64,000 nucleotides of DNA, taken from the IMG/VR virus record IMGVR_UViG_3300005282_000008, positions 1 to 64,000 of that record. One strand, given 5' to 3'. Numbering within the stretch: position 1 is the first letter of the stretch; every line of letters starts with the position of its first letter. Under the pieces are notes generated by a model that was not told where the DNA came from, ran no database searches, and was given only the letters and a program-made list of their open reading frames with translations. The translations under genes were made by a program, and so were the position numbers. This DNA is from a virus (lineage: Duplodnaviria; Caudoviricetes). Positions 26,238-37,248 of the stretch are shown in pieces.

Positions 26238-26888
26238 ATGGATGCAGAAACAAGTCTAGCAATACAGGCAATATATAATGAGTTTAATAAATATTGTAGT
26301 AAAACAATATATGCCGCATTAAATAATACTGTAACTTTATTAACCAATCGTGTAGTTACTCTAGAAAATACAGTTACTGCTTTACAAACAACTGTACAAA
26401 AATTAAACAAACTTACTGAATTATTAGATGTAACTATTACAGATATAAAAGAAGGTGATATTCTACAGTATAGTAATAATAAATGGGTTAATATTAAACC
26501 GAGTTTAGTAATATCAGATGACACAAATAATCTTGCATTAAGTGCATTAAGTGATGTTAATTTAACTACTCTATCAAACGGTCAAGTATTAACTTATAAT
26601 ACTACTAATTCAAAATGGACAAATTCTACTATATCTGGAGAAGGTGGCACTAGTTATACTGATTATTCTCAAGTGCAAGCATTGGCTAATTATACTTCTT
26701 TATTTACATCAGATGTAAATACTATACTAAGTGCATCTACACTATTTGTTAAGTCCTTAAATGGAACTGCAACAAATTTAACAATTAAAGATAGTTCTGG
26801 TAATATTAGATTTATACCAACTACTACTGGTATAACTGTAACAGGAGATACATTATCAACAGGAGAAATAACTGCATATACTATATAA
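26238..26888 (+). CDS. short fibre / fibre-attachment protein
   Basis: Coiled coil, two L..L.DV...G..L.Y...KW.N repeats, terminal TGEITAY. Confidence 0.7.
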   Translation: MDAETSLAIQAIYNEFNKYCSKTIYAALNNTVTLLTNRVVTLENTVTALQTTVQKLNKLTELLDVTITDIKEGDILQYSNNKWVNIKPSLVISDDTNNLALSALSDVNLTTLSNGQVLTYNTTNSKWTNSTISGEGGTSYTDYSQVQALANYTSLFTSDVNTILSASTLFVKSLNGTATNLTIKDSSGNIRFIPTTTGITVTGDTLSTGEITAYTI

Positions 26889-26906
26889 TAGGATAAATTA
26901 AAAGAC

Positions 26907-29900
26907 ATGATTAAGAATAACCAATACGTTGTAGATAAATTATATACTGATATAGTAACTACTACTAATGCAGATGGTACTGTAAATAATTATTATACTG
27001 GTGGATATTATGATGGTGGATATTATGATGGTGGTACTACTAACATAGGTAGTGGATTAACTACTGCACAATTAGATAAACTAAATAGTATTCAGTATGG
27101 CGCTGAAGTAAATCAATTTGCATTTAGTTTTATTAATGTTAATGGTTCTACTTCTACGTTATCTGCAATAAATAAAACAGACACCATTGTTATTGAAGGG
27201 GTTTCACCAATCGTTACTACAATAGTAGATGGTAAATTACAGATATCAATTAGTACTAGTGATCCAACTACAGGTATTGGTTTAGCTAATTTAAAAGATG
27301 TTCTTATAACTAATCCACAAAATAATGATAGTTTAATATACAATAGTGGTAAATGGATTAATTCATCGACTGGTAGTGGTACTAATCCAATAGAACATTT
27401 ATTCTATGATTCAGTAAATAATAAATTATGGACGAATGTACCTTTTTATTCTACTGGAGAAATCTCAGCATATGGTATAGGTAATGGAACTGGTGGTGGA
27501 GGTGGTACTGGTGTAAGTTCCTTATACCAGTTAACTGATGTTGCTAAAGATGATGATAATAATCCAACGGGAGTTTTAAATGCTGCTGATGAGGCAGTAC
27601 TTAAATATAATATGGCAACTAGTCATTGGGAGGGTTGGTATATAAGTGATTTATTAGTACATACCAATCGTGCTCAACTTGATGTTATTAATCAAGATAA
27701 TATAGATGTATTATCAAGATTAACATATGACGCAGTTCACGGTTGTATTAGATCTATTGTAGGATTACAATCTACTGGAGAAATAACGGCTTATACAACT
27801 GGAGATGGTACTGGTGGTGGTACTGGAAGTGCTACAAGTTTAAGTGAACTTACTGATGTTATAGATACTTTAAATCCCATTAATGGTGATGTACTATATT
27901 ATGATAATGTAACAACTAAATGGATTAATAAAGCATCTTCTAGTTTACAAACAGATTTAACTGGTTATGCTACTGAAACATACGTTACTACTAAAGTAAA
28001 CGACCTTATTAATGGTGCACCAGCTGCTTATGATACTCTTAAAGAGATAGCAGATGTTCTTCAGACTAATATAAACTCAATTGGTGATATTATAACTACC
28101 CTTGGAACAAAATGGACACAAGATAATACAAAAATTACTAATTGGGATTCTGCATACACTCATTCATTAATAACTGGAGATTCTACTATACATCATATTC
28201 ATACTAATAAATCATTATTAGATTTATTATCACAAGAGAATATAGATGTATTATCACATCTTACTTATGATGAAGTAAATAATAAAGTTAAAGTAGACAT
28301 TAGTCTTTATTCTACTGATGAGATTACTGCATATAGTACTGGATCTGATTCTAGTGGATCAGGAAGTGTATTAGAATTATCACAATTAACTGACATTGTT
28401 GATGGATGGACTCCATTGAATGCTGATATACTTTATTATGACAGTACTTTAGGTAAATGGAAAAATGTTGCGTCATCTACATTAAGAACTGACTTATCAG
28501 GATATTCAACAGAAGTATTTGTAACTAATATAACAAATACTAAATGGACTCAAGACAATAGTAAGATAACCAATTGGGATTTGGCATATACTAATAATCA
28601 TACACATTCTAATAAAACAGTACTAGATGGAATAATTAGTACAGATATAACTAATTGGAATAATAAAGAAACTTCTTTAGGTAATCCTACTACTAGTGGT
28701 TATTTATTATCATCTACCGTATCTGGAGTAAGAAACTGGGTTGCACCTTATTCACACCCTGCTTACTCTAGTTATAATGTAGGTGGAACTAGAAACTTTA
28801 TTACTTCATTTACTTCAGATACACTTGGTCATATAACTAGTATTACTAGTAGTGCAATGATAAAGAATGATATTGAAACATTATTAACTGGTGATTCAAT
28901 AACGTCACATTATCATGATTCTAGATATTATAAGAAAGGAGAATTATTTGAATTAAAAGGTACTGGTACAATTGAAGATCCTTATAAGATAGAAGCAAAA
29001 TATAACTTCTATGGATTAGGTGAAGTTAGTGCGTATGGTGTAGGCTCTGGAGGATCAGGAGGAGGATTAATCCAAACAGTCTATTCCTATGGTGATTTAG
29101 GAGGATCTTTTTCTGATACCATCCTTACAGATACATTTAATGCATATACAATTAATAAGATTAATGCTGATTTAGGTACAAGAATTTCTAGTTTAGAAAG
29201 TGGATCTGCATTATCAGTAACAACTACTGGTTCTGGAAATGCAATAACTAGTTTATCAAAGACTGGCACTATAATAACTGCAACTCTTGGTGGTACATTT
29301 AGTTTAAGTTCTCATATACATAATCTTTCAACACTTACAAATGACGCAGGGTTTATTTATTCGAACGATGCTAGACTTTCAGACGCTCGTACTGCTTCTG
29401 ATGTATACAGTTGGGCTAAGGCTTCTGTTAAACCTGCTTATATATTTAGTGAAATTGGTAGTTTACCAACAACGTTAGGTGGTTATGGAATTACTGATAG
29501 CGTAAGGTTTTTAGGTAATATAGGAACAAGTGCTAATCCGGTCTTTCTAGATAAAAATGTTCAATTTGGTTGGAATAGAACAGATGGTTCTGGAGAATTT
29601 GACATAATTATTAAGAATGGTACTCAAGCAGTTTATTTAAGTGGTTTTACATGGGATGGTACAACGCTTACTAAAAAATATCAAATTGATTCTAATGGAA
29701 TTGTTGTAAATAATAATACTGTTTGGCATACAGGTAATTTAACTCCTTCCAATTATCTTCCACTTGCAGGTGGTACTATTAGTGGTAAACTAATAGTTCA
29801 ATCATCAACGTATGCACCAATTCAATTTTTAAATAATGATTATCCAGGTAATTCAGGTTTACTTTTAATGGGTGGTGCAAATGATTTGGTTATTAGAAAT

Positions 29901-32900
29901 TTAATTGGAACTAGTACATATGATTTAAGATTTAATCAATCATCATTACGATATAATAATTATACTGTATATCATTCAGGTAATTCTAATTTAGGTACTA
30001 TTGATTGGAATGCTAAAGCATTAACTCTTGGTGGTAAACTTACATTCAATGCGGACTACTCACCTTCAATAGATACCATTAACAGTACAACTGCATTAAC
30101 ATTTGGTATTGGTGGAGTTGGTAAAATTGCATTATCAACTGTGAATGAATTTAGACCATTTTCTACACAAAATAATGTAATTGCACTAGGTTCTACAATT
30201 GCACGTTGGAGCAATATATATTCGGTTAATGGTAATTTTAGTGGTGATCTTACAACAAATGGAATAATTAGATCATCAGCAAATGATTTAAAATTATATT
30301 CTTCTAGTGCTTATTTATTACGATTCGTTCAAGCAACTGCTGGTTGGACTGATGCTGTAACTACATCATTTATTCAAACTGGTGATGCTACTAATTTAGC
30401 ATTAACTGCTGCTAATGGTAGTGTTTTAAATAGAGTTCAAATTAGCACAGGTAGTTTACAAATTGGAAATATTAGTTATAATACTTTTACTGTACCTGCA
30501 TATCAATTTGAAGTATTAGGTACAAGTAGGTTTAGCGATAATAGTTTATTCAATGGATATTCTTTAAGTATTCAAAATGAAACAGGAAATCGTTATATTT
30601 TTAGTCGCACTGCTTCACAGAAAATAGGGTTTTGGACAGGCGGTGATTCTGCAATTGCATCTAATGTAGATATGAAATTTAAAACAGGACATGCATTTGA
30701 TGATGTTACTTATGGTACTGAAAAAATGCGGTTAACTACTGGTGGAAATTTACTAATTGGAATTACAACTGATTCAGGTTATAAATTAGATGTTGCAGGG
30801 CCTGGTAGATTCATAGGCTTGTTAAATGCTGACAGTGGTATTCAGATTGGTTCAGCAAGACTCTTATATGATGCTACAAATAATGCTCTATATGTTCAAA
30901 AATCAGATGGTACTTCTGCTAACTTTTATGCCACTGGGGAAGTAAGTGCTTATGGTACTGGTACTGGAACAACTGGAGGTGGTGGCATAATACAAACAGT
31001 TTATTCATATGGTAATTTAGGTGGATCTTATTTGGACACAGATTTAACAAATACTTTTAATGCTTATACTATTGATAAATTAGCAACAAGAATTAATTCT
31101 TTAGAAGGTGGTTCCGCATTAACATTTAACACCACAGGTGCTGGTAATGCAATTACAAGTATTAGTAAGACTGGTACAACAGTTACTTCTGTTTTAGGTA
31201 GTACTTTTAGTTTAGATGGGCATACGCATAATATTATAACCAATGACTCGGTAAGTTTATTACTTTCAAATGGTAGTATGTATTATACATATGGGCATCA
31301 ATTTTATACTAGACATATTACTGGTATAAACACAACTAGTGATGGAACTTCTGGTACTGATTCAGATTTATATTTAAATTATGGTAATACTACAGGCAAA
31401 ATTAATTTAGGTTCAATTGGTAGTTATTATATATCAACTGATGGAGGTTATTATAGTGGCAATGTCTACGCATCATATAGATTATGGACTACTTCACATC
31501 CTTATGATTGGTATATTAGTTCTGTTCACGATGGTACATATTTTCAAATACAAGCAAAATCTGTTGATAATACTTTTTTACCTGTTAGTGTTAACCACGC
31601 TTATAATGCAGGTAATTCAGACACATTAGATGGTTATCATATGTGTTCAAATAATAGTAATAATGGTATTACTTGGGGATATATTCCATGTGTTAAACCA
31701 GATGGTGTAATGGAAGTTGGTAAATATATTGATTTTCACGAAGCATCAAATGATGGAATTGATTACAATGTTAGATTATATTCATCTGCAAATAATCTTT
31801 ATTTAAATAGCAATACAATATGGCATTCTGGTAATAGTAATTTAAGTACTGTTGATTGGAAATCAAGAAATAACTACACTAAATCTATACAATTTTACCA
31901 TCCTGATAATGAAACAGTTAGAGGTACATTTGGATATATAAGTAGTACAGTTTTTGGTTCTGGATATGGTTTACTATTAAATTTAGATACTATACCTGCA
32001 GGATTTAAGAACTTTGCAATTTATGGTGCTGAAAATGTAACTATTCAAGGTGCTATTCATTTTAATAGCACATTAGATGTAGCAGATAACGTTACTTTTT
32101 TGAATGGTATATATGCTCAAAAATCAGATGCAACTTGTTATAATGCTTTAAATCTTTATAATACTTATGCATATGGTGACTCTAACAAAGCAGAAACAAG
32201 AATTAATTTAGGTAAAATAGAAGGAGGTACAACTTATGAACCAATGGGCGCTATTGGAGCATCACCTGTAATTAATCTTGATTCAAATCATGGAAGTTTA
32301 TACTTTTATACAAGGACTAGTCAAGCATTAACAGAGAAAGCAAGAATATTATCAAGTGGTAATTTACTAGTCGGTACAACTACAGATGCAGGTTATAAAC
32401 TAGATGTTAACGGTGCTGGTAGGTTTACAGGAAATGTTACTGCTCCTACATTTTTAGGATCTTTAAGTGGTAATGCTGATTCAGCTACTAAATTAGCAAC
32501 AGTTCGTACTATATCTGTAACAGGTGTTGTTACTGGTTCTGGTTCATTTGATGGTTCTGGAAATTTAGCTATTGCTACTTCTGTAGCTGCTAATAGTGTT
32601 ACTCTTGGAACTAATACAGTAGGAAATTATGCACTTAGTGTAGGAGTTTCAGGAAGTGGTTTATCAATAACAGGAGCTGCTGGAGAAGGAATTGATTTTA
32701 TTGTAAACTCAAATGCAACAAACTTAAATACTGCTTCTACACTTGTATTTAGAGATGCAAGTGGAAATTTTAGTGCAGGTACTATAACAGCAGCTTTATC
32801 TGGGAATGCTAGTACTGCAACTAGTTTATTAAATAGTAGAACACTTTGGGGGCAATCATTTAATGGTTCTGCTAATATCAGTGGTGCTTTATCTTCTGTT

Positions 32901-34061
32901 ACTACAATAACAATGAATGGTGCTCTAAGTGGTGGTACAACTGCTTCATTTAGTTCTTATATTACTGCCGATAGATTTTATACTGGTTATGATGCGGCTG
33001 TTTCTAATTCGTTCAGTTGTTCTAATTGGTTTAGAAGTAATGGACAGACCGGATGGATTAATAGTACTTATGGGGGCGGTATCTATATGCTAGATTCTAC
33101 TTATGTACAAATATATGGAAGTAAAGCTTTTAAGGTTACTTCAACGGCTAACGATTCTATTAATACAGCAGGTGGTATTCAGATTGGAAGTGCTCAGTTG
33201 ATTTATGATGCTGCTAACAACGCAATATATGTCCGTAAGTCGGACGGCTCTGCAGCTAATTTTTATGCTACTGGTGAGGTAAGTGCTTATGGAATGGGTG
33301 GTGTAAGTGGCACTAAGATGGACGATCTAATATTTGCTAATAGTGGAACTACTACCAGACAAATACAGTTCAATATGGGTGATAACGATTACGGTCGTAT
33401 TGCTTGTGGAGCTGCTGCTTTAAATGCTGGTTGGCTTGAAATAGCTACGGCAGATGATGGTACTGAGCCTATTTATGTTCGTCAATATTCGGGTGCATTT
33501 GGTACAGTTGTTAATCAACTAACGCTATTAGATTCTTACGGGAATACTGCTATGACTGGTTCGTTGAATATTGGTTCAAATATATTTAAGCAACATGATA
33601 CTGCTGCATTTAATCTAACTTTATATAATACTTCTGGTGGCACTAGGAGTAAAATATCACTATCAGACAGTACTGTTAGCATTACGGGAGCTATTACATC
33701 TACAGGCTCAGGAACATTTAATGGTGGTTCTTTTAGTTCACTAAGATCTTTAAAGAATGTTCATGAAGACTGGAATGGTAATGCTTTGAATGAAATTTCT
33801 AAAGTAAAAGTAAGATCTTTCAACTATAAATCAGAACCAATTATAAATAAAACATTAGGTTTTATAATAGATGAGATACCAGATAGTATATCAGAATATG
33901 TATTATTTGGTAAAGAGAAAGATTCTATAAATCTATATACATTACACGCTTTAAGTTTCTTAGCACATCAACAGACTAAAACTAGATTAGAAGAACTTGA
34001 AGAAGAGGTAATTGATTTAAAACAAAAAATAAACGAATTGGAAAATAAACAAAATGGCTGA
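26907..34061 (+). CDS. long modular tail fibre with C-terminal peptidase S74-like chaperone
   Basis: 2384 aa, G/S/T-rich; repeated (T/G)GE(I/V)(S/T)AY and L..L.DV modules; GAPAAYDTLKEIA; SSLRSLKN...FNYK...GFIIDE plus terminal coiled coil. Confidence 0.85.
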   Translation: MIKNNQYVVDKLYTDIVTTTNADGTVNNYYTGGYYDGGYYDGGTTNIGSGLTTAQLDKLNSIQYGAEVNQFAFSFINVNGSTSTLSAINKTDTIVIEGVSPIVTTIVDGKLQISISTSDPTTGIGLANLKDVLITNPQNNDSLIYNSGKWINSSTGSGTNPIEHLFYDSVNNKLWTNVPFYSTGEISAYGIGNGTGGGGGTGVSSLYQLTDVAKDDDNNPTGVLNAADEAVLKYNMATSHWEGWYISDLLVHTNRAQLDVINQDNIDVLSRLTYDAVHGCIRSIVGLQSTGEITAYTTGDGTGGGTGSATSLSELTDVIDTLNPINGDVLYYDNVTTKWINKASSSLQTDLTGYATETYVTTKVNDLINGAPAAYDTLKEIADVLQTNINSIGDIITTLGTKWTQDNTKITNWDSAYTHSLITGDSTIHHIHTNKSLLDLLSQENIDVLSHLTYDEVNNKVKVDISLYSTDEITAYSTGSDSSGSGSVLELSQLTDIVDGWTPLNADILYYDSTLGKWKNVASSTLRTDLSGYSTEVFVTNITNTKWTQDNSKITNWDLAYTNNHTHSNKTVLDGIISTDITNWNNKETSLGNPTTSGYLLSSTVSGVRNWVAPYSHPAYSSYNVGGTRNFITSFTSDTLGHITSITSSAMIKNDIETLLTGDSITSHYHDSRYYKKGELFELKGTGTIEDPYKIEAKYNFYGLGEVSAYGVGSGGSGGGLIQTVYSYGDLGGSFSDTILTDTFNAYTINKINADLGTRISSLESGSALSVTTTGSGNAITSLSKTGTIITATLGGTFSLSSHIHNLSTLTNDAGFIYSNDARLSDARTASDVYSWAKASVKPAYIFSEIGSLPTTLGGYGITDSVRFLGNIGTSANPVFLDKNVQFGWNRTDGSGEFDIIIKNGTQAVYLSGFTWDGTTLTKKYQIDSNGIVVNNNTVWHTGNLTPSNYLPLAGGTISGKLIVQSSTYAPIQFLNNDYPGNSGLLLMGGANDLVIRNLIGTSTYDLRFNQSSLRYNNYTVYHSGNSNLGTIDWNAKALTLGGKLTFNADYSPSIDTINSTTALTFGIGGVGKIALSTVNEFRPFSTQNNVIALGSTIARWSNIYSVNGNFSGDLTTNGIIRSSANDLKLYSSSAYLLRFVQATAGWTDAVTTSFIQTGDATNLALTAANGSVLNRVQISTGSLQIGNISYNTFTVPAYQFEVLGTSRFSDNSLFNGYSLSIQNETGNRYIFSRTASQKIGFWTGGDSAIASNVDMKFKTGHAFDDVTYGTEKMRLTTGGNLLIGITTDSGYKLDVAGPGRFIGLLNADSGIQIGSARLLYDATNNALYVQKSDGTSANFYATGEVSAYGTGTGTTGGGGIIQTVYSYGNLGGSYLDTDLTNTFNAYTIDKLATRINSLEGGSALTFNTTGAGNAITSISKTGTTVTSVLGSTFSLDGHTHNIITNDSVSLLLSNGSMYYTYGHQFYTRHITGINTTSDGTSGTDSDLYLNYGNTTGKINLGSIGSYYISTDGGYYSGNVYASYRLWTTSHPYDWYISSVHDGTYFQIQAKSVDNTFLPVSVNHAYNAGNSDTLDGYHMCSNNSNNGITWGYIPCVKPDGVMEVGKYIDFHEASNDGIDYNVRLYSSANNLYLNSNTIWHSGNSNLSTVDWKSRNNYTKSIQFYHPDNETVRGTFGYISSTVFGSGYGLLLNLDTIPAGFKNFAIYGAENVTIQGAIHFNSTLDVADNVTFLNGIYAQKSDATCYNALNLYNTYAYGDSNKAETRINLGKIEGGTTYEPMGAIGASPVINLDSNHGSLYFYTRTSQALTEKARILSSGNLLVGTTTDAGYKLDVNGAGRFTGNVTAPTFLGSLSGNADSATKLATVRTISVTGVVTGSGSFDGSGNLAIATSVAANSVTLGTNTVGNYALSVGVSGSGLSITGAAGEGIDFIVNSNATNLNTASTLVFRDASGNFSAGTITAALSGNASTATSLLNSRTLWGQSFNGSANISGALSSVTTITMNGALSGGTTASFSSYITADRFYTGYDAAVSNSFSCSNWFRSNGQTGWINSTYGGGIYMLDSTYVQIYGSKAFKVTSTANDSINTAGGIQIGSAQLIYDAANNAIYVRKSDGSAANFYATGEVSAYGMGGVSGTKMDDLIFANSGTTTRQIQFNMGDNDYGRIACGAAALNAGWLEIATADDGTEPIYVRQYSGAFGTVVNQLTLLDSYGNTAMTGSLNIGSNIFKQHDTAAFNLTLYNTSGGTRSKISLSDSTVSITGAITSTGSGTFNGGSFSSLRSLKNVHEDWNGNALNEISKVKVRSFNYKSEPIINKTLGFIIDEIPDSISEYVLFGKEKDSINLYTLHALSFLAHQQTKTRLEELEEEVIDLKQKINELENKQNG

Positions 34062-34581
34062 TATAAATAAGTTAGTACCATTAATTTTTAAATGGGAAGG
34101 GGATTGGTCAAATAATAAGAATGATAAAGGTGGTGCAACTAATATGGGTATCACCTTATCAACTTGGAAATCTCAAGGTTATGATAAAGATAGGGATGGT
34201 GACATTGATATCAATGATCTTAAGTTAGTAACTAAGCAAGATGTTATAGAAATACTAAGAAAGAATTATTGGAATAGATGGCGTGCAGATCAAATACAAA
34301 ATCAATCTATTGCAAACTTATTAGTAGATTGGATATGGAATTCTGGTGTACATGGTATTAAAATACCTCAAAAAGTATTAGGAGTCACGGTAGATGGTTT
34401 AGTTGGTAATAAAACAATAGATGCTATTAATAAATCAAATCCTGAAGTATTATTTAATAAGTTAAAACAAGCTAGGCGAGAATTCTTTATTCAGATTACT
34501 CGTAATGATAAAACACAATTGATGTTTCTCAAAGGCTGGCTTAATAGACTAGATGATTTTAAATTCGTTCAGACAGTATAA
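34054..34581 (+). CDS. endolysin, glycoside hydrolase family 108 with PG-binding domain
   Basis: WEG.W.N...DKGGATNMGIT; DGLVG.KT; FLKGWLNR. Confidence 0.9.
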   Translation: MADINKLVPLIFKWEGDWSNNKNDKGGATNMGITLSTWKSQGYDKDRDGDIDINDLKLVTKQDVIEILRKNYWNRWRADQIQNQSIANLLVDWIWNSGVHGIKIPQKVLGVTVDGLVGNKTIDAINKSNPEVLFNKLKQARREFFIQITRNDKTQLMFLKGWLNRLDDFKFVQTV

Positions 34582-34632
34582 ACAATATATCTAGAGTAAG
34601 AATACTAGATTAATAATAATATAATATAGAAT

Positions 34633-35856
34633 ATGGCATTAGGAACTACAAATATAACTACAACATTAATAGCTAATACAATAGGCGTTGGTAGTAATGA
34701 TGTTGGTACATTGTGTGCTTCAAACAAAGTTAATAAATGGAGCAAGTATAAACCAATAAGGCTTAATAAACTATCTGGTGTTACATTAGATGATCAAATA
34801 AATAATAATTTTTCATTTGATCTTGATAATGAAGTATCTACTTCTCCAGAAACTGCGTCATTAAAGAATTGGGCATATTTAAAACCAACTGGAGGAGCAA
34901 CTTCTCAATATCGTATGGGTGATTTTAGAGGATATTATCATCAGGCATTACCTCTTATGAATCTTATAGATAATTTTAGTTCAATAAATATTTATGGATA
35001 TAATACTTTTAAGATAAGAGTTAGTGATGCTGATAATACCATAAGTGGTCAAATTAATATGTCAGATTTTACTAAATTATCATTTAATATTTCATCTTGG
35101 ATACCATGTATATTAGTAAAATATAATAGTACAATATATACTTATAAATATACTGGAGAAACTAGTGTAACTGGAGCTAAATATATAACTTTAGATTTTA
35201 CAACTGCTCCATTTAATGGTATAACTGATAATTCAGATATGACATTTATGTATTTATTAGCATCTGATCCTGATAAAATATCTGGGACATGCTATTATTT
35301 ACCAATGCCATTCGCAGAAACAGAACCATGTAATAAAACGGTTACAATATATAACCATCAATCAATTACTGCTACTTTTTTACAAGTATCATCTGTATAT
35401 AATACTGGATATGAGGATATAACATTCTATAGTGGTCCAACACAAGAAGATAGTTTATATTTCCTTGTTCCAAGAAATATTGGTAGTGTATATTATAAAA
35501 TTAAATTGCACAATTCAAGTACTAGTACAGAAACTATTGATTTATCTTATTTGACATTAGAATATACTAATCTATTTACTAGTTATCAAAATTTAAAGTT
35601 ACGTCCATCATGTTATGATGCGTCTTTTAATTCAGTAGATATAATAAACTCACATATTATAACTATTCCAGCTAATACTGATGCTTATTTTTATATTGGG
35701 ATACCTAGTGCACTATTAATGACTAGTCAAACTGAAGTTGGTCCGGCGGTAGTTACTGGAATAAAAATATCATCATCTATAACACTGTATTTTACTAACA
35801 ATACTAATGAAATAACATTAGCGCATGTGAGTTCATTACGATTACAATCTAATTAA
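34633..35856 (+). CDS. fibre-associated structural protein
   Basis: DVGTLC...VNKWSKYKP...YRMGDFRGY N-terminal motif of Bacteroidota phage fibre-associated proteins. Confidence 0.65.
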   Translation: MALGTTNITTTLIANTIGVGSNDVGTLCASNKVNKWSKYKPIRLNKLSGVTLDDQINNNFSFDLDNEVSTSPETASLKNWAYLKPTGGATSQYRMGDFRGYYHQALPLMNLIDNFSSINIYGYNTFKIRVSDADNTISGQINMSDFTKLSFNISSWIPCILVKYNSTIYTYKYTGETSVTGAKYITLDFTTAPFNGITDNSDMTFMYLLASDPDKISGTCYYLPMPFAETEPCNKTVTIYNHQSITATFLQVSSVYNTGYEDITFYSGPTQEDSLYFLVPRNIGSVYYKIKLHNSSTSTETIDLSYLTLEYTNLFTSYQNLKLRPSCYDASFNSVDIINSHIITIPANTDAYFYIGIPSALLMTSQTEVGPAVVTGIKISSSITLYFTNNTNEITLAHVSSLRLQSN

Positions 35857-35864
35857 TAAAAATT

Positions 35865-36143
35865 ATGGAATTAACAAATAAAAAGATACAATACACTGTT
35901 AATAACGATGGTGTTAATATTAAATTAAGTGGGGTTGCTTACTTAAGTGATACTCTTAAAGTAACAGAATTTAATGGTTCAATTACAAAGATAAGTGCAG
36001 ATTTAAATGCATTCATTGGGAATTTTAATTGGAATACAAACAATATATCAATAAATATGCAAGATGAAAAAGAACATCTAAGTGAGGCATCTCAGTTAGT
36101 GTTAGATACAATTGCATTAATCGAAACTCAATTAGCAGTTTAA
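35865..36143 (+). CDS. hypothetical protein
   Basis: ORF in operon. Confidence 0.65.
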   Translation: MELTNKKIQYTVNNDGVNIKLSGVAYLSDTLKVTEFNGSITKISADLNAFIGNFNWNTNNISINMQDEKEHLSEASQLVLDTIALIETQLAV

Positions 36144-36160
36144 TTATTTTAAAAAACAAT

Positions 36161-36577
36161 ATGGAAAAGCTTAAAAAAGGTATTATAAGTTCATTAGCTA
36201 AAATATTAGCAACAGTAGATACATCTAAAATGTCATCTGAAAGCAGAGTAGCAATCGTACGTAATTTTATTGCAACCAAGTTAGTAGCAAATGAGATTGC
36301 CACACTTGAAGAAGAAACTGGTAAGAAATTAATTACTGATGAATTTAAAGAATTACAAGCAAAAGAAACTAAGACAGAAGAAGAAACTAAACGATTTACT
36401 GAATTGACTGAACAGATTAATAAAGAATATGTTGATGTTTTAAATTCTAATTTAAATGAAGAAATTGATATTGATTTAAAAACAATGTCAGAGGATGATT
36501 TTGATAAATTGATTGGTGAAATTGTAGACTTAAAACCAAATCAGTTTGATCTAATTCATGAAGTGTTAGTTAAATAA
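36161..36577 (+). CDS. hypothetical acidic helical protein (possible fibre chaperone)
   Basis: ORF in operon; function from position only. Confidence 0.6.
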   Translation: MEKLKKGIISSLAKILATVDTSKMSSESRVAIVRNFIATKLVANEIATLEEETGKKLITDEFKELQAKETKTEEETKRFTELTEQINKEYVDVLNSNLNEEIDIDLKTMSEDDFDKLIGEIVDLKPNQFDLIHEVLVK

Positions 36578-36696
36578 GAATCAAACGCTATATTCTAATA
36601 AAATAATTGTTACAATCAATGTAACTGTTTAATTATTATTAAATTTAGAACGTTGTCTAATTTATAACATTCTTTCATAAATATCAAAATCTAACT

Positions 36697-37248
36697 ATGA
36701 ATTTAATAACTATATTTGAAATGATCAATAAATATACAAATACATTAGGCAAATGGCTATTCTCTATAGTCGGTGGCGTATTGGCAGTTTTCGAACCGAT
36801 ACAAGCCTTTGTTTTTGTATGTGGACTCGCTATTATTGGAGATTTATATACTTCCATTAAACTAGGTATAAGAATAAGTAAACAGCATCCAGATAAGGCT
36901 AGTGGTAAAATACAAAGTTCTAAATTAGGACAATCTATGACTACCATACTTAAAGTACTATTTGCATTATACTTTGCATGGCAAATAGATGTATATATAC
37001 TTTGTGATACTGCTTTATATGCTACAAAAGTAACTGCTGGTATATTTTGTTTTTCACAAATCTGGTCAATGCTTGAAAACGAGTCTTCTTTCTCAAATAA
37101 AAAATGGGCTAAAATTCTACAAAAAATAATGATTGATAAAACTATCCGTCATTTAGATCTGGCAGTAGACACATTCGATACATTAATAAATTGTAAAAAT
37201 GATAATAGAAACTCTAGGTGTATTAAATACACTAAAAAGCGTTTATAG
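36697..37248 (+). CDS. holin-like protein
   Basis: Several TM segments; D..T.I...S.K...QIWSMLEN resembles phage holin family 4. Confidence 0.7.
   Translation: MNLITIFEMINKYTNTLGKWLFSIVGGVLAVFEPIQAFVFVCGLAIIGDLYTSIKLGIRISKQHPDKASGKIQSSKLGQSMTTILKVLFALYFAWQIDVYILCDTALYATKVTAGIFCFSQIWSMLENESSFSNKKWAKILQKIMIDKTIRHLDLAVDTFDTLINCKNDNRNSRCIKYTKKRL

Noticed and set aside
26999-27034. GGTGGATATTATGAT tandem repeat as a CRISPR or contingency locus
   Set aside because: Only two 15-bp in-frame units encoding GGYYD; no spacers.
26907-35856. Diversity-generating retroelement acting on fibre genes
   Set aside because: No reverse transcriptase in the window, and the repeats differ at many synonymous positions rather than only at adenines.
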